Position numbers and translations under genes: made by a program. The notes beneath the pieces were generated by a model. It ran no database searches and was not told the origin of the DNA. It was given only the letters and a program-made list of their open reading frames with translations. DNA of 64,000 nt from Isurus oxyrinchus (taxonomy: Eukaryota): assembly GCA_026770705.1 (NCBI GenBank), contig JANJGN010000019.1, positions 105,090,001 to 105,154,000 of the forward strand, given 5' to 3'. Every line of letters begins with the position of its first letter. Within the stretch, counting starts at the first letter, position 1. This document shows, piece after piece, positions 39,701 through 52,600 of the stretch.

Positions 39701-40739
39701 TTAACTTGACCGAGGGTTGTCTGTTCTTCTTCCCGAAGTAAGGCTTAAACCTACAATTAATCTTTTGCAAGACATTGAACATTAGTGTCTGCCTATCTTT
39801 CCCCTTTTAGTTTGGTACTGGTTGCACCTGTGCGACACTTTCCTCCATTAGCCAAGAGCTCAGAACACTGAAATGCAGAGCTATCCACTGTGGCCATGAA
39901 TGTTGATCTGTGATTGGACAATGGAAGACACAATTTAGTGGGCAGGACCTGTCCTGCTAGTTTTTTCTTCCACGTGGGTGAATAAACCCTGCTCTTGCAA
40001 AGTACCCCATCTACTGGCCTGTCTATGAATTGACAACCACTTAAGTATCATTTAAAGACAGGTTTCACAGACTTGGGACCTCGGATTACAAGTCCAGTCA
40101 AACTGCTGGCTGGAATGACATGCCTCATATTGAAAAAAAATCATCTAAAAGCTTCTATTTGAAAATTACAGTTTCAAAACTACCCATGAGGTCTCTAAAA
40201 ACTGAAGTGAGTGTGCATTATGACCATCCTGCCACATGGCCTTCATTCAGATTTGACTTCAAAGTCCAGTGAATGAAATCAAAAATATATCTGCAGAAAC
40301 TCATGTCACATGTATAATTTAATATCACATTGAGCCTTGCTGCAATTCAGTGTGGTGGCAAGCCTGAACATGGGATAAATTGAAATCAGTTTGGATGCTG
40401 TAATCATAACTGAACTGGTTCTTATTCTGAACAGGGTCACTCTGTGTATTCTGACTGTGGAACAGACATTTGTTTACCGCCCATTTGATTTAATGATATC
40501 TGCACTGCTTGTTATAAAGAAGTCTCACCATTTCCCTGAAGAACATTTCTTTTCTTCGGTTGCTTAGCTAGTTTTAATGCCTGAAGCAGCTTTTCAACTG
40601 AAGCTTAGGCAAGACAAGTAATTGTGTTGGGTGACATTTTTTTGACAACAAAGATAGAATGCAAATCTTTGGAGGATTTCCCTTCAATAATCTGTATATA
40701 GATAGAAAAGAATTCATAATGCATTTGCTAAAGCATTGG

Positions 40740-41290
40740 TAAAATTATTACAGCCCTCTTAGAAGGTACATTCTGAAATAAGAATGCTTACTTTGGAATA
40801 ATAAGCAATTTGACTATGGTTATTTTGCATCAGATTTGTCACGAGGCAGTTTTTTTGAGCCCCTGGTTCACTTTCTTTCCCCCCCCATCCCCCAATGTCA
40901 CAGCCATGAGACATTTGTTACATGCCATTCGCATGAGTTGTATTTCTTGCACTTACTTGGACATAAAAGACAGTGGAGTAGCTTGGCTCCATTTCAAATG
41001 CAAACATTTGGCCTCCGCATAGAGATTGCTAACATTTCAGATAGTAAAAAATGCGAGGGGTTTTTTTTTGGATGAAGGGTTGGTTTGGCTGGGCAGGCGG
41101 TGCAGATAAATTAAAGACAGGCTCACGATGATTAATTTCACAGCTTTTATGAAGTGATACTAACTGGGCTGTTTGCGGAGAACAGGAGAGTGGCAATTTT
41201 CTGCAACAGTGAAGGATGGTCAAGGTGTGTCATAATTTGACGAACCCAAACTGAAATCCAAGGTTGCCAAATCATTTTCTTACAACTGCA
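40740..41290. promoter_or_regulatory. Candidate conserved non-coding element upstream of the exon at 42117
   Basis: Repeat-free, with locally retained CpGs and TGATTAAT, TTTTATGA (posterior Hox/Cdx-like) and GATAA motifs. Confidence 0.3.
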
Positions 41291-42116
41291 GCACTTTGCC
41301 GGTGTTCTGGAAGGACAGACTTTTTGATATAAGAAGTTTGCACTTTTAGGTCTTCCAGAAAAATGTTCATTTTAAAGACTGTAATGGACTCGTGACCCCC
41401 GCCACCAGTTTTGATTTTTCTCCATTATTTGTTTTCCAAAATGGCAAAATATAAGTGCCTGAGTGCAAACATATCATTAATCTTAAAAAAAAGTGTCCGT
41501 TTCGACCTGTAGAAAGAAGTCATCTATTTTCAAATGTCTTTTAGTACCCACATTCCTGATGGGCATTTGTCTTTTTTTTCTGCCCTGGATGTAGAAATCT
41601 TGGTTGAAAAGGTCACTGTTGCCAGTCGCTAACCTCTAAATGACCCCTTGACTTTACAGTCTAAAACTGCAGGAGCTGCGAAGGAGCAGGAGCCTTTCTG
41701 TACCAGCACTTATTTGCTGCTGTGGTGATAAAACTTCAGACAGCCTAATTGATGGGCTTGCTGACATAACAATACCTTGTGAAAGCAGAGAGTGGCAAAC
41801 GCCTGGTCTTCATTTATGGATGGCTGGAAGGGGAGTTGCACCCCCTATGAGCAGAAAGCAACCTATTTGAAGCAATGAACTTATACCATGTTTGTGACTC
41901 TTGCAGAGGCAGACATTCAGTCTTAAACACTAGCATTTAAAATAGCCAATGTAAGAAGCCTTTAAATCAATGGGTGTCAAGTATGCTGGTGTAAAGGTGT
42001 CTTTTTTACACCTACAGCAAATTTAAATGATGCGAAAATGTGAGTCCTAAAATTGAGCTTAAGAGAGCAATTAAAGCTAAGAAATTAAAACCTACCCTTT
42101 TTCATGTTTGTTTCAG

Positions 42117-42175
42117 GTTCATTAATGCCAGGAGAAGAATAGTACAACCCATGATCGACCAATCAAATCGAGCAG
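42117..42175 (+). CDS. MEIS2: MEIS2 coding exon (homeodomain recognition helix; exon 10 equivalent, 59 nt)
   Basis: Acceptor tgtttgtttcag|G. Completes the TGG codon from the previous exon and reads (W)FINARRRIVQPMIDQSNRA. Ends at a non-canonical GC donor, CAG|gcaagt. Confidence 0.97.
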
Positions 42176-43609
42176 GCAAGTCCTAAGTTGTAACTATATT
42201 ATAGTCCCACAGGCACAAATCATCATCAAGTTATTCTTCAGGAATTCCTTCGCATGGTAAATAAACGTGACAGCCCGGCATTCTGGAAGGGGTTTAATTC
42301 CAGAATCCCAAATGCAGGGAGCAATCTCGCTAAATTGGTGCCGAGTAGATTTTCTCACTCTCACTTTCCAGAAGCTGCTTTTATTTCTGTTAGCAATGGT
42401 AATTGGCCAAATACCCTTCCACCACAAAGAGCTTGCTGAGTGGGTGCTGCTGCCGACTGCCTGGTTGTGTTTCTCAGCCACTATTGCTTTCCTTACTGCT
42501 CACAACCCCTTGGCGAATGCACTTACTTAATTCATCAAAGCTGCTGTTTATCACCAATACTGATAGCTGCGGATTGCTTAAAAAAAAATTAAAATTCACA
42601 GAAATGCATTCGCTGTTTACCAGCTGGTTGGATGAAACATTAAGAAACATATTTTGCTCCACTCAATAATTGTCCCAGAAAAAGCAGACATCAGTATAAA
42701 GCAGCATTCACTAAGGGACTTCCATGTCTTCTTATACTTTTCCCAAAGTTGATCAATGCAGGAAGATTGTCCCTAGTTTCTTGTTACATTTGGTTTATTG
42801 AAAATTAAAACTGGTTTGACATTATACATTTCAAATTAACCCCTATTGTAATAACGCTGAAAATCAATTTGATTTTTTTTTTGATTTGGCTTATTCACAA
42901 TATTTAATCAAAAGGCATGTTGTGCTGACCACGGAGCTGTGTCCTTCTGAATTGGTTTGGGAAAAGCTTTATTGAAGTTTTGATTCTCACTCACACTGCT
43001 TTGATTTGATGTTGATTTGCACCCGCTGCTTTCCTTCAATTTATAAAATGTTATTTGTTCATGGGAATTGTGTGCAGTTTGCCGAACATGCTTCTCTGTT
43101 GGGATCAAGAATGGTATTATAGTGTGAAATAGAGCAGGAAGACCAGAGCACTTGCCTTAAGTGCTGTGATAGTCAGAGAGAGTTTGGATTTTATTTGGCA
43201 GGTTAAAAATTAATCTCACTGATGTACAATAAAGATCAGTGAACTCTAAATAGCGTAAGAACATCTTCTATGCTCCCTCTGCTGACAGCACTGACTTTAA
43301 CTGGGGTTTAGATCCACAGGTGATTTCAGATTACCGTGCCCAAGTGACTTCACGTATGAGTCTGTGCAGAGATTGTTGGAAGGCTGTTCAGGCTTGTGAG
43401 ATATTGAAGCCAAACCTAATGCTTTCATTACCCAAAATCCACATATACATCCAAGAACATATTATTGCAAAGAAACTAGGACTGGGAGGCTTGGCTGATC
43501 TTTAAAAACAATTCCCCTTCACCCTAGCTCAGGAATACTGAAGCCATTTGAAGTGCCTCTTCCTTGGCTCAGATCACCTAGCTCAGCACAGACCATTGGT
43601 TGAATCCTC

Positions 43610-43745
43610 AACAGACATCAAAAGGGAAGGTGATTAAATATGTTTAAAAAGGAAAAAATAAATGGATATTGGATAGGGACAGAGAGCTGGCGCGTGCATA
43701 ATAAGCCAAATAGCCTCTCACTGTTCTGTAAATTCACGATTCTTT
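43610..43745 (+). mobile_element. Short CR1 3' tail fragment
   Basis: catcaaaagggaaggtgattaaata...gccaaatagcctc...ctgtaaattcacgattct. Confidence 0.55.
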
Positions 43746-44404
43746 GATCCAGGAACCTTCAACTCTATCAAGTTCAGTCCCATACTGGAGAATGCACTTA
43801 ATAAGTGTAAGAGTTGAGGAACTGCCTGTATGATTTATTTTTGATCACCATAATGTTAAATTGTTGCACAATAATGATAGGCATTGTGTAACACAGGTTT
43901 GTGTAACTTGATATTTGAATAAATACATTAAAAGTTAAGCTGAATGTCTTCATACTTAGGATGCAATTAAAGAAAGTCTTGAAATTAGTCATGTTAATTT
44001 ATTAAGAAAAGTCTGGGCACAATGCCCAGCTTTGTAACCTTTGGCTTAAAAGATATGGACTCTCCAAGCATAAGAAATGTTTTATTCTTGTATAAAATAA
44101 GTTTCCAAATCTTATAGGTGTTGGGAGGGGAGCTTTGCTTTGAAACATTACATTTTACACTCTTTGTGCTTTTGCAATAAAAGACTGCAGCTTTGGTATG
44201 TTTCTACCTGTCAGGGTTTTTCAGTATGGGGAACTTGTGATGGGGTGTGAATGTATCGGGTGCTAAAACTTATTTCTTTAATGGTACTTGCCATTAAAGT
44301 TTCTGGTGTTTGACAACGTATTGTGTTTGCTGTTTCAGGAGTAACTGCTGATTGTTTGGTATGTCTTTTCTTTCTCCTCTGTGTCCACGTTTGACTACAA
44401 TCAG

Positions 44405-44515
44405 GTTTTCTTCTTGATCCTTCAGTAAGCCAAGGAGCAGCGTACAGTCCAGAGGGCCAACCAATGGGAAGTTTTGTATTGGATGGTCAGCAACATATGG
44501 GAATTCGACCTGCTG
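44405..44515 (+). CDS. MEIS2: MEIS2 coding exon (exon 11 equivalent) with alternative acceptors at 44405 and 44426
   Basis: Reads (G)[36 protein letters not shown](G); donor G|gtaagc. A second acceptor ccttcag|TAAGC 21 nt downstream keeps frame. GFLLDPS and [21 protein letters not shown] are MEIS2-type rather than MEIS1-type sequence. Confidence 0.96.
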
Positions 44516-44780
44516 GTAAGCTAAGTCCAGTCCTTCCATGCCCTAAGTGTAGCGTCATTACTTTCTCTATCCCTCCCATCCACTTCACCTGTCATGCCCA
44601 CCATCACAGGGTTTTCCTTCTGCCTGCTGCCTGCCTTGCCTGTCTTCTTTGCACCCACGGGGAAACAAATCCTTCAGACAAGAGATTTGTGAGGAATTTA
44701 TCCACCCCACGGATCCTAAAATACACACAAAAAAAAATTATAAGGGATCTTTTTCACTATCGAGTAGTCGACCTTGCTGA

Positions 44781-44876
<96 letters not shown>

Positions 44877-47256
44877 CCTTCATCTAGTTAACCAATCGCA
44901 AAGCACGGGGGAAGTAAGTACGATCGGGCTGTTTATTCTGTCTATTACTGTAGTGCAATTTTTTTTTTAATTCCCACCCAACCCCCACCCCCCCCACTCC
45001 AATTTTTTTCTCCTTGCCCGTATTTGCATGCTATTCCAATAAAGGGCCAGTTGTAATGATTTATCTCATGACATTTGACACCATTTCGCAAGCTGCAAAA
45101 GGTCAGCTAACTAATTTACAGTATACAGAGCAAATTAGGTCTGGAGTAATTCTGTTTAATTATGAAGCCCAGAGAATCAAACTCAAGCAGCGAATGAACA
45201 ATTGGGACATTTAAGGGAAAAGAAACATCTTCAGGGCACCAATTGACTTGAGAGAAATTAACCAGGCTTCACGAAGCGATAAAAACGAGAAGTGAGACTG
45301 TCCTTTGAGTGACATAAATCTGTCAGGAAACGATTGATGCATGAATTATCTTATATGCAAAAATGAAATGTTGCAGTTCGCAATCTGCAGTCTGGATATA
45401 TGGTGATACAACACATTCCTCACTGGGAGCACCCCACCAACGCGCCCCCACCCCCACACCCCCACCCCCCCCCCCACCCCAATCCCAGGCTTGAAAGTAT
45501 ATCCATCGCCTCCTGTGTGAGATTAAAATAAAGAGAAAGGAAAATGTAAAACTAAACAGTAACAGACATTAAGAGATGACTGCAAGTGAAGGAATGGAAC
45601 CGGCAGAGAAGCTGATTGGCTGCAGTCTAAATAATCCATCAGTTGGAGTGTGTCCAATGTATGTGATGTTTGAGGAATTCAGATACATCAAACAGCAATA
45701 CATCACATCACTAAGGCATCAGAGCATGAGGTTTTATTTAATAACTGAAACTCTTTGCTACCATTGAGCTTAATGCTTACATTTGAAAAAGAATGGCAGA
45801 CTATTTCATTATTAAATCATCTTCAATCCTTTTGTACTCAAAGTTGTATATCCTACCCACAAAAAATGACTTTCCCGGCAGTCGCTTAATGCCCACTAGG
45901 TTGTTTCAGATTATTTAAAATAATGGTTATAGTTTTGTGCAAGATCTTTGAGGGGGTTACCTTAGTGCATTAGTGATGGAGTCAGTATCTTGCCTTCCTT
46001 TCTTTACTAATGCAGTCAAAAAAATGCTAAAAGCAGTGTTCCCTAAAACAGCCATTGAGACAACATTTTCTCAGCTTGGATAATTCTTAATATAGGCCAT
46101 ATAATTTCTGGCCTATTTAATTACATAACATATTTTATGCTTCATAACCAATTACATTAATGGCTTAATACAGATAATATTATCCTCCTTTTATTTGATT
46201 ATGGAGCCACACAATATGGTATATTTGGTACTTAATTATCATCATCCAGTGAGCATGCTGCTGTGCTAGAATAAACAGAGCTGAGTTGGACTTATTACAC
46301 AGCGCAGACAGTATTATTGTCTCAGTATGGTTTTACCACTGTGGTTACTAATGTACTGCAGATCTACTTAAAACAATGACAACAGCTTACAGGTCTTTAG
46401 ATTACCAGCTTATAGTGTCACTAAAAACTATTCAGCAATTAGGTTGGTAAATGCTAGTGGATGAATGGAGGTACAGTTAATTCCCTCTAATTTAGCTCTG
46501 CATTGCAAACTATATTGATAGTTATTTTGTAATAAAAGTTAGCTCTAGTTAGATGGATGGAATCAATGATCTGATTAATATTTGCTGGCAGATCTTTCCC
46601 AATAAAAGCCCATATCCCACGCTCTCAAAGCAACAGGTATGACCCCCTTCTTCCCTTTTCTGCTTCAAGTTTCAGTTTTATATTAAGGAGAGCCCAATCC
46701 AAATGTCCCACAATAGTCGTAAAAACGTTCATTAACTGAGGAGCATTTTCCCAGCTTACCTGAAAAGACTATTAATTTGATGTACTTTTCTTTATTTGGA
46801 TCAACTGTTTGTGTGAAAGGGAAAGACCTCATTGCATCAGATTTCTTGCATATAAATATCTTCTTGCTCCCTTGCCATATTTCCTTTAACAATAACTTCT
46901 CTGGTTCTGCTTAATCTTCAGCTTTTTTTTCTATCGGTCCCTCTATTCTTTTTGCCTGAAACTTGATCTTTTTTTCTTTCATGAACCGATGTATCTCCTG
47001 TGACCTATGAGTAAGATTGAACGCATGGTTATTGAATTAATCATTGTGACAAGTGTCTTTGATTTATAATTATAAAATATCTGCAAATATGTAATAGCAC
47101 ATATACATCAATAATACTGTAACTCTATATGCACAGGGAAGAATGCACCCACCATATAAGAAAACCACTAATGAGTCAAAAGAATAAGCTCTTAAATAAT
47201 GCTTTTTTTTAAAGAAAATATTAACACATTGTAATGGTTTGCTCTTGTCTTTTCAG

Positions 47257-47543
47257 GTTTACAAGGCATGCCAGGGGACTATGTATCTCAGGGTGGTCCT
47301 ATGGGTATGAGTATGGCACAGCCAAGTTACACTCCTCCCCAGATGACCCCACACCCTGCCCAGTTAAGACACGGACCCCCAATGCATTCCTATCTCCCGA
47401 GTCACCCACATCACCCAGCCATGATGATGCATGGAGGACCCACGCCTCACCCTGGAATGCCAATGTCAGCACAAAGCCCCACAATGTTGAATCCTGTAGA
47501 CCCCAATGTGGGGGGACAGGTTATGGACATCCACGCCCAATAG
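47257..47543 (+). CDS. MEIS2: MEIS2 terminal exon, long C-terminal activation domain (coding only when the cassette exon is skipped)
   Basis: Acceptor cttgtcttttcag|GT. Reads (G)LQGMPGDYVSQGGPMGMSMAQPSYTPPQMTPHP...NVGGQVMDIHAQ-TAG (ORF track 47268..47543), matching the recalled MEIS2 long-isoform tail. Confidence 0.97.
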
Positions 47544-48645
47544 TATAAGGGAAAAACATGAGAAAAAAATGTAAGACTTTAAAATTTGAACAGATGTTGA
47601 CACTTAATGGAATTCCAGATGAGCTGTGATTTTTCTTTTCACTCAACGCCAGCAGAGGACCAATGGCAAAGCCAGGCTAACATGGAGCCAAAAGCTTTCT
47701 TCACCTGAAATTAACTCCAATGTAAAGTTCCTCTGGAAAAAGACTGAAAGATTTATTACTACTGTAGCATAAATATAGGAACTAAGTTAACTTGTACATT
47801 TCTGTTGATCACTCTATTTCTGTTGCTTCCAATAGTTTTTAGAAAGAAAGTTATCCTTTTTCCACACTATGTGTGTTGTTCTCAAAATGGTTGTCCTCGT
47901 ACAGCAAATGGAGCCACGTTTCAGACCAGGTTGCCCAAGTCCAGCCAACTTGCCATAGAGGAAGAAGCTAAGATGAAGATCCATGAGACACTTTTGGATG
48001 CGGCCATAGGTGAAAGGTTTTAAGAATGCACTAACATACCTGATTTTTCTGGAACAAATGCGGCCTGTAGTGACAAAGCCTACCTGGTCCAAGTGAAGGG
48101 CCTATGTCTGATCATGTTCAGGATTGACTCTTCTCCAGAGAGCTTGTTGATGGAAACCTGAAGATGAATTAGCAGCTTCCTGCTATGCCTGTGGGCCACA
48201 GCATTGAGAAAATGTTGTCACACAAACAACTCAGAATGCTCTTGGGCAGACTTTTCTTAATGAAATTTCCTTTTGCTGGTCTTGCACCAAAACAGAGACC
48301 TTTTTAAATGAACTCAAACTGCTTGGAACAAGCAACGACAAAACAAATCCTGTAACATACTTGGTACAGAGAGTTCAGTATATTAATTGTTACATGTTAG
48401 ATATCTATGTGTTTACCTCAATGAGAAATAACGAATGTTTTGCTAGTATCAAATCTGCTGTGGAATTGGTATTGTATGTCAATGAATTCCTTACTTTTAT
48501 CAGCACGTTGTCACTAGAAGAAAATGATGTTTCCCTTGCGAGCTTTGTCAGATTACATAAATACTTGTATGAGGACTGTGACGTATGTTTAAAAGGTGTT
48601 CAGTCACAAAATGCCGTAATAAATATTTCATTTTTAGATTTTTTT
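47544..48645 (+). other. MEIS2: MEIS2 3'UTR (to the proximal polyA site)
   Basis: Follows the TAG stop and is free of recognisable repeats. Ends just after AATAAA at 48618-48623, followed by T-rich sequence. The exact cleavage site is not determinable. Confidence 0.75.
48618..48623 (+). terminator. Polyadenylation signal AATAAA (proximal)
   Basis: gtAATAAAtatttcatttttagattttttt with a downstream U/GU-rich tract. Confidence 0.7.
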
Positions 48646-49542
48646 CTGTTTGATAACACACCTGTAATCGCTTCAACTTTCTTGGGATTTTGCAACAGAC
48701 TCCTCCAGAAGTGTCTGCAGCTAAAGTTTTTGTTTTGGTTGTTGGTTAGTTCAATCCTGTATGGTTCACATTGAATCCATTGATGTGAAGTTTTATATTT
48801 GATCGCAGGCACCGAGTGATATTTGAAAGATGTGGTCGTTTGTGTCCCTTCTTCAGATGTGGGCATTGTTTAAAAAAAAAGCAGGAGGATTTTATTTTTC
48901 TTTCTATAGCAATGAGCAGAAAAGCAACTGGGGATTATAAGCTCAAAGGAAAGGAAGCGTGTGGAGTATTTTAACAGGGTAACTTCTCTACAAAAAGAAA
49001 TCTACATGTTGTACAGTGTTTCCAACACCAACACTCACCCGGAGAATATGAAATCTGGCCTTTTGAGTGGGACAACTTTATCAGTAGGTATTGAGTTTAA
49101 ACAAATTTGAAAAAATGATACGAGCCACCATATCCAACTTTACAAAATCTTTTCTATAATCGGCGTCTTGTGGTGTTTACATCCCCCTCCACCCCCCAGA
49201 ATTGTACATTTATTGATTTTGAAGTGGTGGAAGTTCATTTTTAAACAGGCCAAGCCTCGAAACAGCTCTATCCACTCCTCCCTATCCCTTACAGGGCTCC
49301 CACCAAAACCAGCTGTCAAAAACACACACAAAAAAACCCCCCAGCTGATCTCAAACCCTACTTCTGATCTTTAAGTCAACGGGCCTGAACTGTTCCAGAG
49401 TTTTTGCAAAGTCAGTATGGTGGCAGGATGGGGAATAAACCTATTTATAGAAATGTGGAAAATCAGATCGGGCAGCATTTGAAGTGAGTTATATTGTATT
49501 TAAAACCCTGGAGGTTTCTCCTTTTTGTTTACAGAGCTTCTT

Positions 49543-49548
49543 AATAAA
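49543..49548 (+). terminator. Candidate distal polyadenylation signal AATAAA
   Basis: cttAATAAAagtttattt, followed by ATTAAA and a GT-rich ctgtgttatgt within about 55 nt. Confidence 0.45.
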
Positions 49549-49699
49549 AGTTTATTTAAAAAAAAAGAGCCTGGGTTGATACCATTAAAACTGTGTTATG
49601 TACAGAGAGGAATGGCTGAAGGTTTTGGTCACGTTTCGATATGCTGCATAGTTTTGACTGTGGGACATGTATTTTTTTGCGTTGTGAGAATTGGAAACT

Positions 49700-52600
49700 G
49701 ACCATCTGATGTGTTTACTGGTAACCTTTTTTTGGAGGCTCGTCTGTAATGAACATCAGTCACGTTCCTCTTTCCCTTTCATTCACAGAGAGAGAGAGAG
49801 AGAGAGGGGCATTATCTTCGCATTTCAGGAACTAACCTAACCTTCGGCGCCTGTTGCAACACAGCGATGGAGGTGCTCGCTGCATTTTCTGCGAGATTTT
49901 CTGGCTTTGATTCCAATATTCAAACTGTTCATCTCTGCTGGCTCTCCTCCCAAAGCATTTCCACTCACCGGCTTTTGGAGTTTCAGTTGAACTTTTGTAA
50001 CTTTTCTGGGTGCAATGCAGCGGCAGCCGCTGTACGAGTCCCTCCTCAATATTAACTGGGTTCCTGTGACCTGTCTTCTCTTAAGTTCAGACGCTTAAAA
50101 AACACTTTTCGAAAACTTGAGAGAGAGGGAGAGAAAAAAAAAGCACCTGATATTTTCTTGCCGTTAACCCGGGGACAGGAATCCATTTGAAATTATCTCA
50201 TTTTTATTATTATCGTTTACAACAGTCGATCTGAATCTTGGAATTTTTTTTCCCGGTTAAATACTTGTTATTAAATGAGAACAAGACTGTGTTATTTTTG
50301 CCAGTGGATTTTTTAAAGCAGATAGGAAATAATTCTCCTGATAATTGTTACATTTCAAGTCCCGCTGTAGGAGTGTTAGTTTTAATGAATGACGCTGGTC
50401 GCAAAATCAGCAACCGGGTTGCAGTTTAAAACTGAAAAGGTTTCTTGCCCCGTTGATGTTGAATAAAATCACAAAGAATGAGTTTAGACCACCCCCACCA
50501 CCTTTTTTGTGTCCCCTTCAGCCTTCTAAACCTTATAGATATCACTATTCTAACCCCTTCCCCTATGATGTATAGTTTTACAATCTTTTCACCCGATCTT
50601 TTTTTTCTCTCTAGTTGAATGTGCAGAGTGAGATTGCGGACTGCACTCCGCCAACGCGAAATTCATATCTACCGGAGAAAGAAGCCCCACATTAACGGGG
50701 GGGGGGGGGAGGGGGGGCGGTGGAAATGTTTAAGAAACCGCCTTTTGTCCTGACGGCGAGAACATCTCGTTCTGGGGACGAGCCTTTGTGAAACTGGAAA
50801 CTTCAGTGCAGATTCGGTATCGACTCCCCTGTTAAATGTATTCTTGGGGAAATTGATTGAAATGAAACAAACAGTTCCACTAAAGTAATTTAAGGGCGGA
50901 AATCTATAAAAATCAGAGTCCAACAAAAATTCCATTTACATAATTGACAACTGCAAATGCAAAACTATATTTTTTATCGCAATAAATAAGGGTGGGGGTG
51001 CGGAAATCAAGACAAGTCATCACATTTCTTTAGATTTCATTACTGGAACCCGTCCCAGATAAATTACTACTGAAATGAATAACGAGGCGGCTCATTTCTT
51101 AACTGCGAACTCTTTTACTCTGAAGAATGTGCTCAGACCAGCGGAGGAAAAGGCAGTAGCATTTGAATAGTTTTTTTTCACATTTATACATTTTGGAATT
51201 TTTAACCAACCATTTTAGTTGTAAACATGTTACTATGGAGACTGCGTGTATCCCAACCCCTAGAGCCCAGTGTGGGTCAGAGAAAACGCTGCTATTTCTT
51301 GAAGATCATTTATCACTGTCACAAGATAATGATTCCCGCAGCAACCTCCTATTGATGTTTATAATTGCATTATCTCATATGGAATGATCAATGAAAACGG
51401 GAGCCAGGCATGGGATAATCAGGAAACGCTCCCAAACAAAAAAAAACTTCTTGGCTCTTTTCAAAAGATAGTGTTTAAAAAAAAACCCTGCTTTATATAG
51501 TCGATTCAGGTCTCTATTTAGTCCTGGTCAGGTTTTATCTTCCAAATCCAACAAGGTTACTGTTCCGACGCCTGAGAAGTCCCCAAATAACCAACATGAA
51601 CAGGGGAAAAGGAATCAATTCGGATTGTGTTACTGCCTCTCACGGAAGTTATGACAAATTACTTGTGAACGCTTTCTGAAGATTCTTGGCTTTTAGCGCA
51701 TCGCCCGAGTAAATCAATGCAAATGAATGGCCGAGCCGCAGTTGTCTGTACCTCTCTGGGTGTGCACACAAATACCCAAAATACAGCCTGTTTCTTCTTA
51801 AAATTTGCCAGCTTTGATTTGCTAATTTGTCAGTGTTTTTGTACATTCTTTGATTTTTTTTTTAAAAAAAGGTGGTTTATTTTTCAGCCTTTATAACCTC
51901 CATTAAATATTAACCAATTGAAAACGAACGCAAATCTCTTCAGAACAATTTAGAGAGATTGACTGGTTTGATTTTGTAACCCCCGACACTTGGAAACGCT
52001 TCGCAGTTAGAATCTTGATCTAAAGCCCAGGCAGAAGTGTTTACCATTATATTCTGGAGCACTTTTTGGTTGTGGAATGAAATCGCCCCTGCAAAACGGG
52101 GCACAGAACTCACCAGGCCACACGTTAGCTGAACTCGCGTCTATTACACGCCACTTTTCCTAGTTTCTCTTCCGTGAAATGGATGGGATATGTGGGGAGG
52201 GGAGGGGGGGGGGGGGCGAAGAAACGATTAATCTTTTGATAAGTTTTGCAACTGTTGTGTTAGCCACGTTTAATACTACATTGCATTCAGTCAGAAGCCG
52301 TTAGATCAAAAATTGGCAACGGAAGATTTGGGAACGTTCGCATTATTTTTTTCCCCCAAATCCAAATTTCTGCTTCCCCTGCTAATCTACTCTTTTAAAA
52401 AAAAGTCTTGATCTCATCGTCGATGCATTCAATGGTTATTCATATTTACCCAAGTTGCGGGTGAAAATGTATTGGTTCTTATTTTATTCGGTGCAATGAA
52501 GCTTAGTTAATAGTTTCTGATTGTTCTCCGGGAACGTCAGGCCGTCTTTATGTGTTTTGCTTCCCTTGCGATCCGCTTCTTCCCGAACCTGCACCTTGTG

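Noticed and set aside
47234-47548. Overlapping alternative-frame 104-aa ORF on the last exon
   Set aside because: Starts in the intron's acceptor region. The spliced MEIS2 frame explains the sequence, and the cassette-exon isoform stops before reaching it.
48361-48774. 137-aa ORF after MEIS2
   Set aside because: Non-ATG start, lies in AT-rich 3'UTR across the polyA signal, and encodes no recognisable protein.
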